Part shown: positions 8,230 through 16,973 of the stretch, in pieces
Layout of the letters: each line of letters begins with the position of its first letter
How positions within the stretch are numbered: position 1 is the first letter of the stretch
Source of the DNA: a virus
Lineage: Duplodnaviria; Caudoviricetes
Direction: 5' to 3' (one strand)
DNA: 30,992 nt
Virus record (IMG/VR): IMGVR_UViG_3300036376_000018
Location: 1 to 30,992 of that record
Made by a program: the position numbers and the translations under genes
The notes under the pieces: generated by a model
Told to the model about the DNA's origin: nothing
Databases searched by the model: none
The model's input: only the letters and a program-made list of their open reading frames with translations

Positions 8230-9217
8230 ATTTGTATTCCTCCTGATATATATAGGTATTTAGTTTTTTAACAGTAACACATTTGTTAATATCATTAAGA
8301 AAATGTGATGAACCAGTATAAACTTCATAGGTAGATACCATTAAAGGAGATTGTTTACCTCCAAAATATAAATTAACTTCTAATACATGGTCGTTTTGAG
8401 AAAGTAAACCTATGGAAGCAATAATTTTTACTTCTCGTATTAATGGTTCATTATGATAAAGGGTGTCTTTTTGATTAGTTAAACTTGTTATACTGTATTC
8501 ATCAACATTTTCACGTCTCGCATTTTCTAATGAACGTGTCCTTAAATAACCTCCTTTTATCGCTACTTTAAGATAAATATCATATTCATTTTGTAATCTT
8601 GATTGATTTTGAATTGTTAATAGTATAGGTATTTCATAGGAATTAATATTATAATTATTATTAACTCTTTGAAATGTTATGTGCCCTTCCAGTTTTGGAA
8701 AAGTAACTTTTCTAAACAGTGCCTCAACAAAATAGTGGGGTGCTGGCTTATTTTGCCCATCAATTCGCATATAATAGACATACTCAAATTGATGAGGTGA
8801 GTAAAAGCTCTTTTCTACTTCAATGATATAGATATATCCAGAATCACCCTGAATAGGTTGAAATTTAATACCAGTTGGTGCAGGAGTTATTTTATCAGTA
8901 GCTTTATTTATAAAACTATCTTTCTCTCTAAATGGTAGTGGTGTAAGAGCACCAGTAAAATATTTTACTTTTTTTCCATTCACATCTTTTGTTTGACCTT
9001 GTGGTGCTCCCCAAACAATTAACCCTCCTTCACTATTAAGCATGGCACATATAGAGGTGAAGATTTTATTCAGATTATCATCCTCATTACTTTTAGGGTT
9101 ATAAGACTTGTATTCTATCTTATTAGATTCATCTTTTGCATCTGTAAAATAGTCTTCAACGTCCTGATAGGTGATTTGTGTTAGGTCTTTTCCGAAATAT
9201 AGATTTGCGTAAGACAT
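8228..9217 (-). CDS. Schlafen/AlbA_2 domain protein with beta-rich C-terminal domain
   Basis: ESNKIEYKS, ICAMLNSEGGLIVWG, PHQF..VYYMR are AlbA_2 hallmarks. Confidence 0.8.
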   Translation of the reverse strand: MSYANLYFGKDLTQITYQDVEDYFTDAKDESNKIEYKSYNPKSNEDDNLNKIFTSICAMLNSEGGLIVWGAPQGQTKDVNGKKVKYFTGALTPLPFREKDSFINKATDKITPAPTGIKFQPIQGDSGYIYIIEVEKSFYSPHQFEYVYYMRIDGQNKPAPHYFVEALFRKVTFPKLEGHITFQRVNNNYNINSYEIPILLTIQNQSRLQNEYDIYLKVAIKGGYLRTRSLENARRENVDEYSITSLTNQKDTLYHNEPLIREVKIIASIGLLSQNDHVLEVNLYFGGKQSPLMVSTYEVYTGSSHFLNDINKCVTVKKLNTYIYQEEYK

Positions 9218-9348
9218 AGTAGTTATAAGTTTTTGAGGTAAATAAAAGTAAAAGCGAATCTACTAATAAACTCTAAATATTAACATACTATGCTGATATA
9301 CAGATAACTATGTGGAAAATTTGTTGATAACTTCCTATTCCTTCTTAG

Positions 9349-9356
9349 TAACTTTG
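9349..9356 (+). promoter_or_regulatory. Bacteroidota housekeeping -7 promoter element (TAnnTTTG)
   Basis: TAACTTTG about 50 nt upstream of the ATG at 9406. Confidence 0.4.
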
Positions 9357-9405
9357 TTATATCTACTTAGAACCTGTTCAGAGTTATACTGAATAATTTA
9401 CCACT

Positions 9406-10167
9406 ATGAAAAAAGGTTTAATTTGCATGTTTATTCTAATGTACTCTTTTACAAGTACACGAGGTCAAAACTATCCTACTTATGAAGTTTATAGTTCAGT
9501 ATTTCAAATATTAAATATTGAAACTAAAAAAACAGCGACAGCTTTTTCAATTACACATGATTATTTGAATTATTTTGTTACAGCCAGACACTTATTTGAA
9601 AAGGCAAAAAATAAAGACAAGATAACTTTTGCAATTTTTAGTGATAGTACTTGGAAGAGTTTACAGGGAATTATTTACTTAGATTCAAATTCATTAGTGG
9701 ATATTGCAGTAATCCGACCTATTAATGTACCTTACTTTGAATCTGGTTTTGACCTAAAAATAACTACTTTCATAATGGGAGAAGATAGTTTCTTTGCTGG
9801 TTTTCCTTTTGGTTTAAAAATGCTTGATACTCAAAACCTAAATAATAATTTCCCATTAGCACTGGTAAAAAAAGGAATTATATCAGGAAGTACAACAGAG
9901 AATGGTGTTCACATTATATTTTTAGATGGACATAATAATCCCGGTTTTTCAGGAAGTCCGATAATTGTAAAGAGTAATATGGATAATAAATGGCATTTAA
10001 TTGGCGTAATTTCAGCATATAGGAAACAATTTAACGATTTAGAAGATAAGAAGGGGAATAAATACTTAGATAATAATAAAAGGGTTATGGAGTACCATGA
10101 AAACTCAGGTATAGTTATAGGAATAGGTTTAAAACATATTATAGATATTCTTAATAAGAATAAGTAA
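9406..10167 (+). CDS. Secreted trypsin-like serine protease
   Basis: Signal peptide; catalytic motifs VTARH, DIAV, GFSGSP. Confidence 0.85.
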   Translation: MKKGLICMFILMYSFTSTRGQNYPTYEVYSSVFQILNIETKKTATAFSITHDYLNYFVTARHLFEKAKNKDKITFAIFSDSTWKSLQGIIYLDSNSLVDIAVIRPINVPYFESGFDLKITTFIMGEDSFFAGFPFGLKMLDTQNLNNNFPLALVKKGIISGSTTENGVHIIFLDGHNNPGFSGSPIIVKSNMDNKWHLIGVISAYRKQFNDLEDKKGNKYLDNNKRVMEYHENSGIVIGIGLKHIIDILNKNK

Positions 10168-10224
10168 ATTACTTATTTCATCCACTAAAAGCCGGGAACA
10201 GGGTTATACTGAACAGTTACAGCA

Positions 10225-10554
10225 ATGGAAAAAATTGATAAAATTCAGAAACTCAAAGAAAGAATTAAGGATGATTATAGTAGTAATAATGCTGATATTT
10301 TAAGTGACGTTTTTCATGAATACAGAAGTATGGTAAGAAGTTTAGTTGATAGTTATTCAGTATCAGGCTTAATATCAGAGCTTATTGATGTAGGGAATGA
10401 AGTAGATAAAGCTGTATATGGTTCAAGTTTTAAAATAAAAAATGAAAACTATAACAAAGCAGTAAGCCATTTAAGAGACGATATAGATGCGTTAATAAGA
10501 ACTATCACACCTAAAAAAAACGAAGAGAATGAAGAAAATGAAAATCCTGAATGA
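10225..10554 (+). CDS. Hypothetical helical protein
   Basis: 109-aa ORF with ATG, ending in a terminator. Confidence 0.55.
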   Translation: MEKIDKIQKLKERIKDDYSSNNADILSDVFHEYRSMVRSLVDSYSVSGLISELIDVGNEVDKAVYGSSFKIKNENYNKAVSHLRDDIDALIRTITPKKNEENEENENPE

Positions 10555-10571
10555 CTAATCATTCAGGATTT
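10542..10571. terminator. Bidirectional terminator between convergent genes
   Basis: AAATCCTGAATGA-ctaa-TCATTCAGGATTT 13-bp perfect stem. Confidence 0.7.
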
Positions 10572-10575
10572 ATCA

Positions 10576-11157
10576 TTACCGATTTTCAACAACATACTCT
10601 CTCCCACCCATCCGGATAAAGTCCGAAACTGAAACCAACAACCCAACAGACGTTTTTCCTTCAAAAATTAAAGAATCAGGTTTCAGACTTTCAAAGTGCT
10701 TCATCAGGTTTTCCCGGCTAATCATATAGAAAACTTTCTTATCCCCAATCAAAAAATATTTGTACTTAGTATTCAATATCCCGGATTCAATCCAACTCTC
10801 ATTTTCAGCTTTCTTTTTCTCGGCAATTTCAAGATAGACATTTCCAGTTTTCGCAATCATAGCATCATTTTTTATTTCAATTCCTTGCCGGGTTTCGCCA
10901 CTCAAAAATTGAGTATAAGCATCTTCAAAAAAGTCTATGGTGTAATCATATCTCCTTGCAACGTAATCTTGTATAAAATACTGGTATTCAAGACCTTTTT
11001 GATAGCTTTCCTGATAGCTTTTTGTATTTGCGGTTATCTCTTTATATCTGTATTGATTGATACTTTGCAGATTAGAATTTACAATTTTTGTTAATGTTAT
11101 TGCTGAAAAATGAACGAAACTGGTATTCGTTTTTGGAAGTGAATTACTTAGACCCAT
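10576..11157 (-). CDS. Putative PD-(D/E)XK restriction-endonuclease-like phage protein
   Basis: GLEYQ...IEIKND....TGNVYLE...SGI pattern typical of a phage nuclease-like family. Confidence 0.55.
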   Translation of the reverse strand: MGLSNSLPKTNTSFVHFSAITLTKIVNSNLQSINQYRYKEITANTKSYQESYQKGLEYQYFIQDYVARRYDYTIDFFEDAYTQFLSGETRQGIEIKNDAMIAKTGNVYLEIAEKKKAENESWIESGILNTKYKYFLIGDKKVFYMISRENLMKHFESLKPDSLIFEGKTSVGLLVSVSDFIRMGGREYVVENR

Positions 11158-11183
11158 ATTTTTAATATTTATATTTTTTATAA

Positions 11184-11210
11184 ATAAATAGTGTGCTTTT
11201 GACTATTTAT
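11184..11210. promoter_or_regulatory. Back-to-back divergent ACTATTTAT motifs
   Basis: ATAAATAGT (11184-11192, 26 nt before the ATG at 11157 on -) and ACTATTTAT (11202-11210, 20 nt before the ATG at 11231 on +). Confidence 0.7.
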
Positions 11211-11230
11211 TTAAAAAAGCTCTCAGAAAA

Positions 11231-11632
11231 ATGGAAAAAGAGATAAAAAAGAACGAAAGTCAGCAAAGATTTGGCAATAAGAATAAAAAACTGTTCAAAA
11301 ATAAAGCAGATTTTGAAAGGGTATTCAATTTGTATTTACAGCATTTGCGTTCTGGTTTCAGAGAAAAAACATTCCCTGAGTGCGACTTTCGGACAGTAGA
11401 AGCACACATTTTAGGATTGAAAGATGGTGATTTGTTTCAGGCAGAGTTAGATAAGGCAAAAAGAGAATGTGAATTACTATATGAGAAAATCGGTTATGAT
11501 TTAATCGTTGGTGAAAAAATGGGTAATGCTGGCGTGTATCAATTCATTATGAAAAATAAATTTAACTGGAAAGACAAAACCGAAATTGAGACAAACAGCA
11601 CTGAAAAAATTACAATAAGTTTTGTGGATTAG
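11231..11632 (+). CDS. Terminase small subunit (putative)
   Basis: C-terminal FIMKNKFNWKDKTEIE typical of small terminases; lies upstream of the large subunit. Confidence 0.65.
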   Translation: MEKEIKKNESQQRFGNKNKKLFKNKADFERVFNLYLQHLRSGFREKTFPECDFRTVEAHILGLKDGDLFQAELDKAKRECELLYEKIGYDLIVGEKMGNAGVYQFIMKNKFNWKDKTEIETNSTEKITISFVD

Positions 11633-11652
11633 TGCAACATTTCAGAAAAAAA

Positions 11653-11745
11653 ACTATTTATAAGTATAATGGAAAGTGATATGACCATTTTAATATTTTG
11701 TATTTTTTTTTAGAAAAAGTTAATGATAATATCATTAACTTTTTT
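11653..11745 (+). ncRNA. ACTATTTAT motif plus candidate antisense sRNA-2 (target: start of 10576-11157)
   Basis: Motif at 11653-11661, about 50 nt body resembling + strand 11134-11179, then a 15-bp inverted repeat (11714-11744) ending in Ts. Confidence 0.45.
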
Positions 11746-11768
11746 CATTTCAACTAACAATTAACACT

Positions 11769-12350
11769 ATGACTAATAAAGAAATATTTCAAAAAATTGC
11801 AGCGGAAACAGGGCAGAATGAAGGAAAAATAATGAATATATATTATAATAAGTATAATAATGAACAAATTGAAAAACTCTTAAAAAAATATTTCCCAGAC
11901 TGGCAAGCAAAAAAGAAATTAAAAAAAATAATACTGAAAGAGAGAAAGACAAAAGAAATTAAACTAATTCCAGAAAAAATTAAGAAGAAAATAAAAAAAG
12001 GATTGTGTACAAAAGTTGCAGAAAAAATAAATTATACGGCTGAACATATAAGGCGAATTAGTCGAAATGAACATAGTAATTACAAGATAGAAAAATGCTT
12101 GGAAGAAGAAAGGCAGATACAAGAAAAAGCAGAAAGAGAGAGATTAATGATAGTACAAAGTATGAAAAATTTCAGATTTGGGTATGGTTCAATAGCTAAA
12201 ATTGCAAAAGAGTTTTCTATTTCAGCAAAATATTGTACTGAAGTCAAGCAAGGAAAAGGAAGAAACCCCGAAATATTAAAAAGTATATATAAAGAATACA
12301 TTAGACAAATTTCAGAAAAAGTAAAGAATTTCATGAATGAAAATCGGTAA
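11769..12350 (+). CDS. Lys-rich putative DNA-binding protein with repeated HTH-like segments
   Basis: KIAAETG, KVAEKINYTAEHIRRI, KIAKEFSISAKYCTEVKQG. Confidence 0.5.
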   Translation: MTNKEIFQKIAAETGQNEGKIMNIYYNKYNNEQIEKLLKKYFPDWQAKKKLKKIILKERKTKEIKLIPEKIKKKIKKGLCTKVAEKINYTAEHIRRISRNEHSNYKIEKCLEEERQIQEKAERERLMIVQSMKNFRFGYGSIAKIAKEFSISAKYCTEVKQGKGRNPEILKSIYKEYIRQISEKVKNFMNENR

Positions 12351-12362
12351 TGATTTAAGGTA

Positions 12363-12371
12363 ACTATTTAC
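12363..12371 (+). promoter_or_regulatory. ACTATTTAC motif variant
   Basis: 22 nt before the terminase GTG. Confidence 0.6.
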
Positions 12372-12393
12372 ATTATATATATAGTGTAGATAA

Positions 12394-13596
12394 GTGAATA
12401 TTGAAATAAAAAAACCGAAATTAACCAGCTATCAGCAAAAAATATTAAACAGTCCAGCAAGGTACAAAGTAGTTCTTTCCAGCACTAAGGCAGGAAAAAG
12501 TTTTTTGGGTGTTTGGTATCTCTTCCAACTCTCACATCAGAACACAAACCAAAATTTCTGTTATCTCGCACCAATCTACTCACAAGCAGAAATATTTTTT
12601 GACAGGTTCAAAAAATATTTAAAAGGTCTTGAAAAGTTCTACAAAATAAACCTTTCCGACTTAACTATCACATTACCAAACGGTTCAAAAATATATTTCA
12701 AGAGTGCTGATAATCCAGATTCGCTTTTTGGTTTTGAGTTTAACGCATGTGTTTTCGATGAATTCAGTCGGGCAAAAGAAGAATCTTGGTTTGCTCTCAG
12801 AAGTACTATAACATACACCTCAGCACCAGTACTTTTTTTAGGTAACGTAACATCAAGCGTTTGGGCTTTGAAACTCGCAAAACGTGCAAAAGCCGGATTA
12901 GACAAAGATTATGCTTTCTTTTCTGTTTCGTGTTGGGATGCCTGTAAAGCTGGAATATTGAAAATTGAAGAAATTGAAGAAGCAAAAAAGACACTACCAA
13001 AAAGGATTTTCTCACAATTATACGAAGCTCAATTAAGTGAAAATATTGAAAATGCACTTTGGAGTTTTGAGTTGCTTGAAGATGTTCACACGCAAGAAAA
13101 GATTGAAGTATTTGACCGCAAAGTTCTGGCTATTGACGTAGCTGTATCTTCAAGTAAGGAATCAGATGAAACAGGTTTGATAATCTCAGGAAAGAAAAAT
13201 GATGAATATTTCATAATAGAAGACCTTTCAGGTACTTACTCACCTGTTCAGCTTCAAGAAAAAATTGAATATGCTATTGAATATTTCAGTATTGATTGTA
13301 TCACGATTGAAATCAATAATGGCGGTCATTTTCTAACAAACTTCATTCGCCAGTTTAACAAGACTATCAGGATTGTAGAAGTACGTGCAAAGCAAAATAA
13401 ATTTTTACGTGCAGAATCCATCATAGCATTATATGAGCAAAAGAAAGTAAAACACCTGAAAGAGTTTCAGAATCTTGAAACTGAAATGATAGAGTTCGAT
13501 AAAACGAAAACGACAAACAAAGATGATAGGGTTGATGCTCTTGTATATAGCTTAATTGAATTATCAAAACCGAAATTTGAATTTGCTATTGTATAA
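12394..13596 (+). CDS. terL: Terminase large subunit
   Basis: Walker A STKAGKS, Walker B CVFDEF, RNase H-like LAIDVA...DETG and DDRVDAL. Confidence 0.92.
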   Translation: MNIEIKKPKLTSYQQKILNSPARYKVVLSSTKAGKSFLGVWYLFQLSHQNTNQNFCYLAPIYSQAEIFFDRFKKYLKGLEKFYKINLSDLTITLPNGSKIYFKSADNPDSLFGFEFNACVFDEFSRAKEESWFALRSTITYTSAPVLFLGNVTSSVWALKLAKRAKAGLDKDYAFFSVSCWDACKAGILKIEEIEEAKKTLPKRIFSQLYEAQLSENIENALWSFELLEDVHTQEKIEVFDRKVLAIDVAVSSSKESDETGLIISGKKNDEYFIIEDLSGTYSPVQLQEKIEYAIEYFSIDCITIEINNGGHFLTNFIRQFNKTIRIVEVRAKQNKFLRAESIIALYEQKKVKHLKEFQNLETEMIEFDKTKTTNKDDRVDALVYSLIELSKPKFEFAIV

Positions 13597-13616
13597 GCAG
13601 AAATGACAAATCATTA

Positions 13617-13625
13617 ACTATTTAT
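13617..13625 (+). promoter_or_regulatory. ACTATTTAT motif embedded in an inverted repeat
   Basis: AAATCATTaACTATttATAGTaAATGATTT; 15 nt before the portal ATG. Confidence 0.6.
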
Positions 13626-13640
13626 AGTAAATGATTTTCA

Positions 13641-14882
13641 ATGAAATTTTTAGGAATTGATATATTCGGTAATAAAAAAAAGCAAATAAAATTAAATGAT
13701 GTAGAACTGAAATTTTTGCAAAGTCACGCACAAAAATTAGGCTTTAACTTTTCAGTATATAGTCAAACATCAGATACTTATATCCAAAAAGGTTTTCTTT
13801 ACAATATTTACGTTTTTAGTGTTATACATTATATAATAACAACTGCAAGTAGCATTAAAGTTAAACTTTTCAAAAAACTCAGTGACGACCGGATAAAGGA
13901 AATATATAATCACGAAATTTTAGACTTATACGAAAACCCGAATCAGCTACAAAGTAAAATTGAGTTTGTAGAAAATTTTTTGGGTTGGTATCTGCTTAAT
14001 GGTAATTCATACTTATTCAGTGAAAACAAGTATGAAGCCTACATTCTACCATCATCTCAGGTAAGTACAAAGAAAAAAGATTACTTTACAGTTGAAAATT
14101 ATCAGGTTTTCGGAAAAACGATTGATAAAGAAAATATTATACATACAAAAACTTTCAATCCAACCGACCCGACTGCCGGATTATCTTTCTTACACAGTGC
14201 AACTTCCACAATTCAAAGTCAAAATGCTGGTTTAGAAGCACTTGCAAAAAGTTATGAAAATAGCGGGGTTATGGGTGTACTCAGTAATGCCAGCACAGAA
14301 CCAGAAAAAAATTTATCTCCTGAACAGCTTGAACAGATTAAGCAAAAATTTAAAGAGGAATTTACAGGTATTGATAACTGGTCGAAAATATTAATCACGA
14401 ACCAGTCATTTAACTGGCAAAAATTAGGATTAAGCCCGGTCGATTTGGCAATTCTTGACAGTTTAAAATTTTCTCAGGATAATATCTGTAATGTTTTTAA
14501 GTTTCCAAGTCTTTTATTTAATAATGATTCAAGCAGTTACAACAACCGTTCAGAAGCGAAAAAGAGCTTATACAACGATTGTGTAATACCATTTTTCAAG
14601 CTGTATTTGAACAGTTTCAATAAGCTAATTCAGAAATACTATGACAATACATATTATTTGGATATAGATTATAATAGTATAGATGCATTGAATGAAGACA
14701 AAAAAGATAAAGCTGCATGGTTGAAAGATGCGTTTTGGTTGTCAGTAAATGAACGTAGGATTGAAATGAACTATGAAGAAATTACTGGTGGTGATATATA
14801 TGTATTAAGTAATAACACAATCTTAGACAATCAATTCAATATTATTCAGGCAGGTAATAATACACCTCAACAAAATCAATAA
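13641..14882 (+). CDS. Portal protein, HK97 family
   Basis: LLNGNSY, IIH.K.FNP...GLS, ICNVFKFPS.L, YNN, SVNERR. Confidence 0.92.
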   Translation: MKFLGIDIFGNKKKQIKLNDVELKFLQSHAQKLGFNFSVYSQTSDTYIQKGFLYNIYVFSVIHYIITTASSIKVKLFKKLSDDRIKEIYNHEILDLYENPNQLQSKIEFVENFLGWYLLNGNSYLFSENKYEAYILPSSQVSTKKKDYFTVENYQVFGKTIDKENIIHTKTFNPTDPTAGLSFLHSATSTIQSQNAGLEALAKSYENSGVMGVLSNASTEPEKNLSPEQLEQIKQKFKEEFTGIDNWSKILITNQSFNWQKLGLSPVDLAILDSLKFSQDNICNVFKFPSLLFNNDSSSYNNRSEAKKSLYNDCVIPFFKLYLNSFNKLIQKYYDNTYYLDIDYNSIDALNEDKKDKAAWLKDAFWLSVNERRIEMNYEEITGGDIYVLSNNTILDNQFNIIQAGNNTPQQNQ

Positions 14883-14902
14883 CTTTTATCCATTATGATT
14901 TT

Positions 14903-14932
14903 AATCCTGAACTATACAGTTCAGGATTTTTT
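14903..14932 (+). terminator. Intrinsic terminator
   Basis: AATCCTGAACT-atac-AGTTCAGGATT plus T tract. Confidence 0.75.
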
Positions 14933-14942
14933 ATTTTTTCAT

Positions 14943-14951
14943 ACTATTTAT
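14943..14951 (+). promoter_or_regulatory. ACTATTTAT motif
   Basis: 23 nt before the GTG at 14975. Confidence 0.65.
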
Positions 14952-14974
14952 AATAAATTAATACTTACAAATAA

Positions 14975-15712
14975 GTGGAAATTGAAGAAGAAATAAATTA
15001 TAAAGTAAAAAATTTCAATCTGGAAATTAAAAGTATTGATACAGTTGAAGGTATTGTAACATTTTATGCTTCTGTATTTAACGTAAAAGATTCTGATGGT
15101 GATATAATTACAGAAAATGCTTTTACAAAAACATTACAGGAAAGAAAAAGTATTATCAGGCATTTATATCAGCATAATTTTAACAATCAAGTAGGTAAAA
15201 TAATTGATATTCAGGTAGATAAAAAAGGTTTACTTGTTACTTCAAAAATACTTAATACAAGTTTGGGTAAAGATGTGCTTGAAATGTATAAAAATGACCT
15301 TTTGCAACATAGTATTGGCTTTCAGATAGTTAGAGGAGAATATAAAGCAGAACAAGACACATATTTTATAAATGAAGTGAAATTGTTTGAGGTAAGTTCT
15401 GTGACGCTTGGTGCAAATAGTTTTGCTACTACTGTAAGTCTGAAAAGTAGCAGTGAAATAGAATACAACTACTTGAAACTGAAAGAAAAAATAAAAAGCA
15501 ATACAATATCAGAAAAAGAAATTCAAAAATTAAATAAAGAATATAACAATCTGAAAAGTTTGATTGAAATGCTACAAGACACTTCTGAAACAAATACAGT
15601 AGCCGACAAAATCACTACTGAGGAATCAGAAGCCGTAAAAGCAGATGAAATTAAACAATCAGAAGTTAAAAAAATAGATGTTAAACAAATAATAAAAAAC
15701 ATCTACAAATAA
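14975..15712 (+). CDS. Prohead protease, HK97 family
   Basis: YASVFNVKDSDGDII...AF, LYQH, HSIGF, LFEVSSVTLGAN. Confidence 0.92.
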   Translation: MEIEEEINYKVKNFNLEIKSIDTVEGIVTFYASVFNVKDSDGDIITENAFTKTLQERKSIIRHLYQHNFNNQVGKIIDIQVDKKGLLVTSKILNTSLGKDVLEMYKNDLLQHSIGFQIVRGEYKAEQDTYFINEVKLFEVSSVTLGANSFATTVSLKSSSEIEYNYLKLKEKIKSNTISEKEIQKLNKEYNNLKSLIEMLQDTSETNTVADKITTEESEAVKADEIKQSEVKKIDVKQIIKNIYK

Positions 15713-15739
15713 TTAAAAAGAAAAATTATAATAAAAATA

Positions 15740-16861
15740 ATGGAAAAAGAAGAATTAGAATTATTGCTGAAAACGCAAAAAGATTATACTGATACATCAG
15801 TATCAGAATTGAAAGAAAAAAATGAAGCAATTCAAAAAGAATTAAAAGAATTGACTTTGAAATTCTCTACTAAATTAAAGGAAGATGAAAATAAAGTTAA
15901 AGGTTTTAACGATGTACTTGCAAAAGAATTTGAATCAGAAACTTTCAAAAAATATCAGGAAATTGCAAAGGATAACAGAAATGCAGGTTATTCATTCAGA
16001 GTAAAAAATGAAACTTTCACATTTTCTAACTCAATAGCAGAATCAAATACAGCAGGTATTACTTTCTTGGCTAATCCTGCCAGCATCACAGGTTTACCTT
16101 CTCAAAAATATAGACTGAGAGATTTCTTCACTAAAGTTCCGGCTGTGGAAGGTATTGCATATTATACTACTGTAACATCAGTATTAGGATCATATTCAGT
16201 AACTGGACAGACTATGGGTCAGTCTAAACCCCTTAACTCATACGATATTCAGAGCAATATGAAAAAATTGGACGTAATCGCTGGAATTTATAAAATTCCG
16301 TCATATTTCGTCAAATATGGTAAGTCATTAATGAGTTTCTATCAAACAGATGTTCCAAAACAATATTTCAACAATGAGAACTCATACATTGTAAACTCAA
16401 CAAACGGACTTTGGAATTCAGGCGTTTTGTGTACTTATAGTGGTGCAACTTTAGGCGGAATTGTAGCGTCTGGAACAACTATTACAGCATTAGACAGAAT
16501 TGGTGCAGGTTATGCTCAATTAACTACTGCTTCATACAGTCCTGATTTAATTCTTGTTTCATGTGCTGATGCTGTAAAACTTAGATTATTGAAGGATAGT
16601 AATCAAAGATATCAGCTTTCAGAAGTAAACGGTGTACTTTCATTTATGGGTATTCCTATCGTAGCAAGTGAAGCGTTTTCGGTTGGTAATGCTATGATTC
16701 TTGATTCAAGCTATATTGAATTCCATGAAGGCGATTCATTAAAATTAGAATTTGGTTACGATGCCGATGACTTCTCGAAAAACTTAGTGACATTAAGAGC
16801 AGAAGCGGATATTTATTTAGCTGTGAAAAACTCTCAGGCAATCGTGAAACTTGCTATATAA
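15740..16861 (+). CDS. Major capsid protein, HK97 fold
   Basis: N-terminal coiled-coil delta domain; LKDSNQRY, GIPIV, DDFSKNLVTLRAE. Confidence 0.9.
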   Translation: MEKEELELLLKTQKDYTDTSVSELKEKNEAIQKELKELTLKFSTKLKEDENKVKGFNDVLAKEFESETFKKYQEIAKDNRNAGYSFRVKNETFTFSNSIAESNTAGITFLANPASITGLPSQKYRLRDFFTKVPAVEGIAYYTTVTSVLGSYSVTGQTMGQSKPLNSYDIQSNMKKLDVIAGIYKIPSYFVKYGKSLMSFYQTDVPKQYFNNENSYIVNSTNGLWNSGVLCTYSGATLGGIVASGTTITALDRIGAGYAQLTTASYSPDLILVSCADAVKLRLLKDSNQRYQLSEVNGVLSFMGIPIVASEAFSVGNAMILDSSYIEFHEGDSLKLEFGYDADDFSKNLVTLRAEADIYLAVKNSQAIVKLAI

Positions 16862-16898
16862 TTAAGCACATTTTTAACTTTGTGAATATATTTTTTTC

Positions 16899-16932
16899 AA
16901 AAAGGATAAATCAGAAATGGTTTATCCTTTTT
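16899..16932 (+). terminator. Intrinsic terminator
   Basis: AAAAAGGATAAATCA-gaaa-TGGTTTATCCTTTTT. Confidence 0.75.
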
Positions 16933-16941
16933 GATTTTTAT

Positions 16942-16950
16942 ACTATTTAT
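16942..16950 (+). promoter_or_regulatory. ACTATTTAT motif
   Basis: 23 nt before the ATG at 16974. Confidence 0.65.
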
Positions 16951-16973
16951 ATAAAATATAATTTCAAGTAAAA

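Noticed and set aside
11184-11210. Motif read as the T4 late promoter TATAAATA (its reverse complement)
   Set aside because: The orientation is consistently opposite to what a T4-type promoter would need for these genes, and no gp55-like sigma is visible
11714-11744. AATGATAATATCATT as a Fur box
   Set aside because: The spacing differs from the Fur consensus; a longer hairpin with a T tail explains it better
16862-16900. CATTTTTAACTTTG tract before the capsid terminator as a fourth sRNA
   Set aside because: There is no exact upstream motif (only GATATTTAT inside the capsid gene) and no convincing target; it may be a plain 3' UTR
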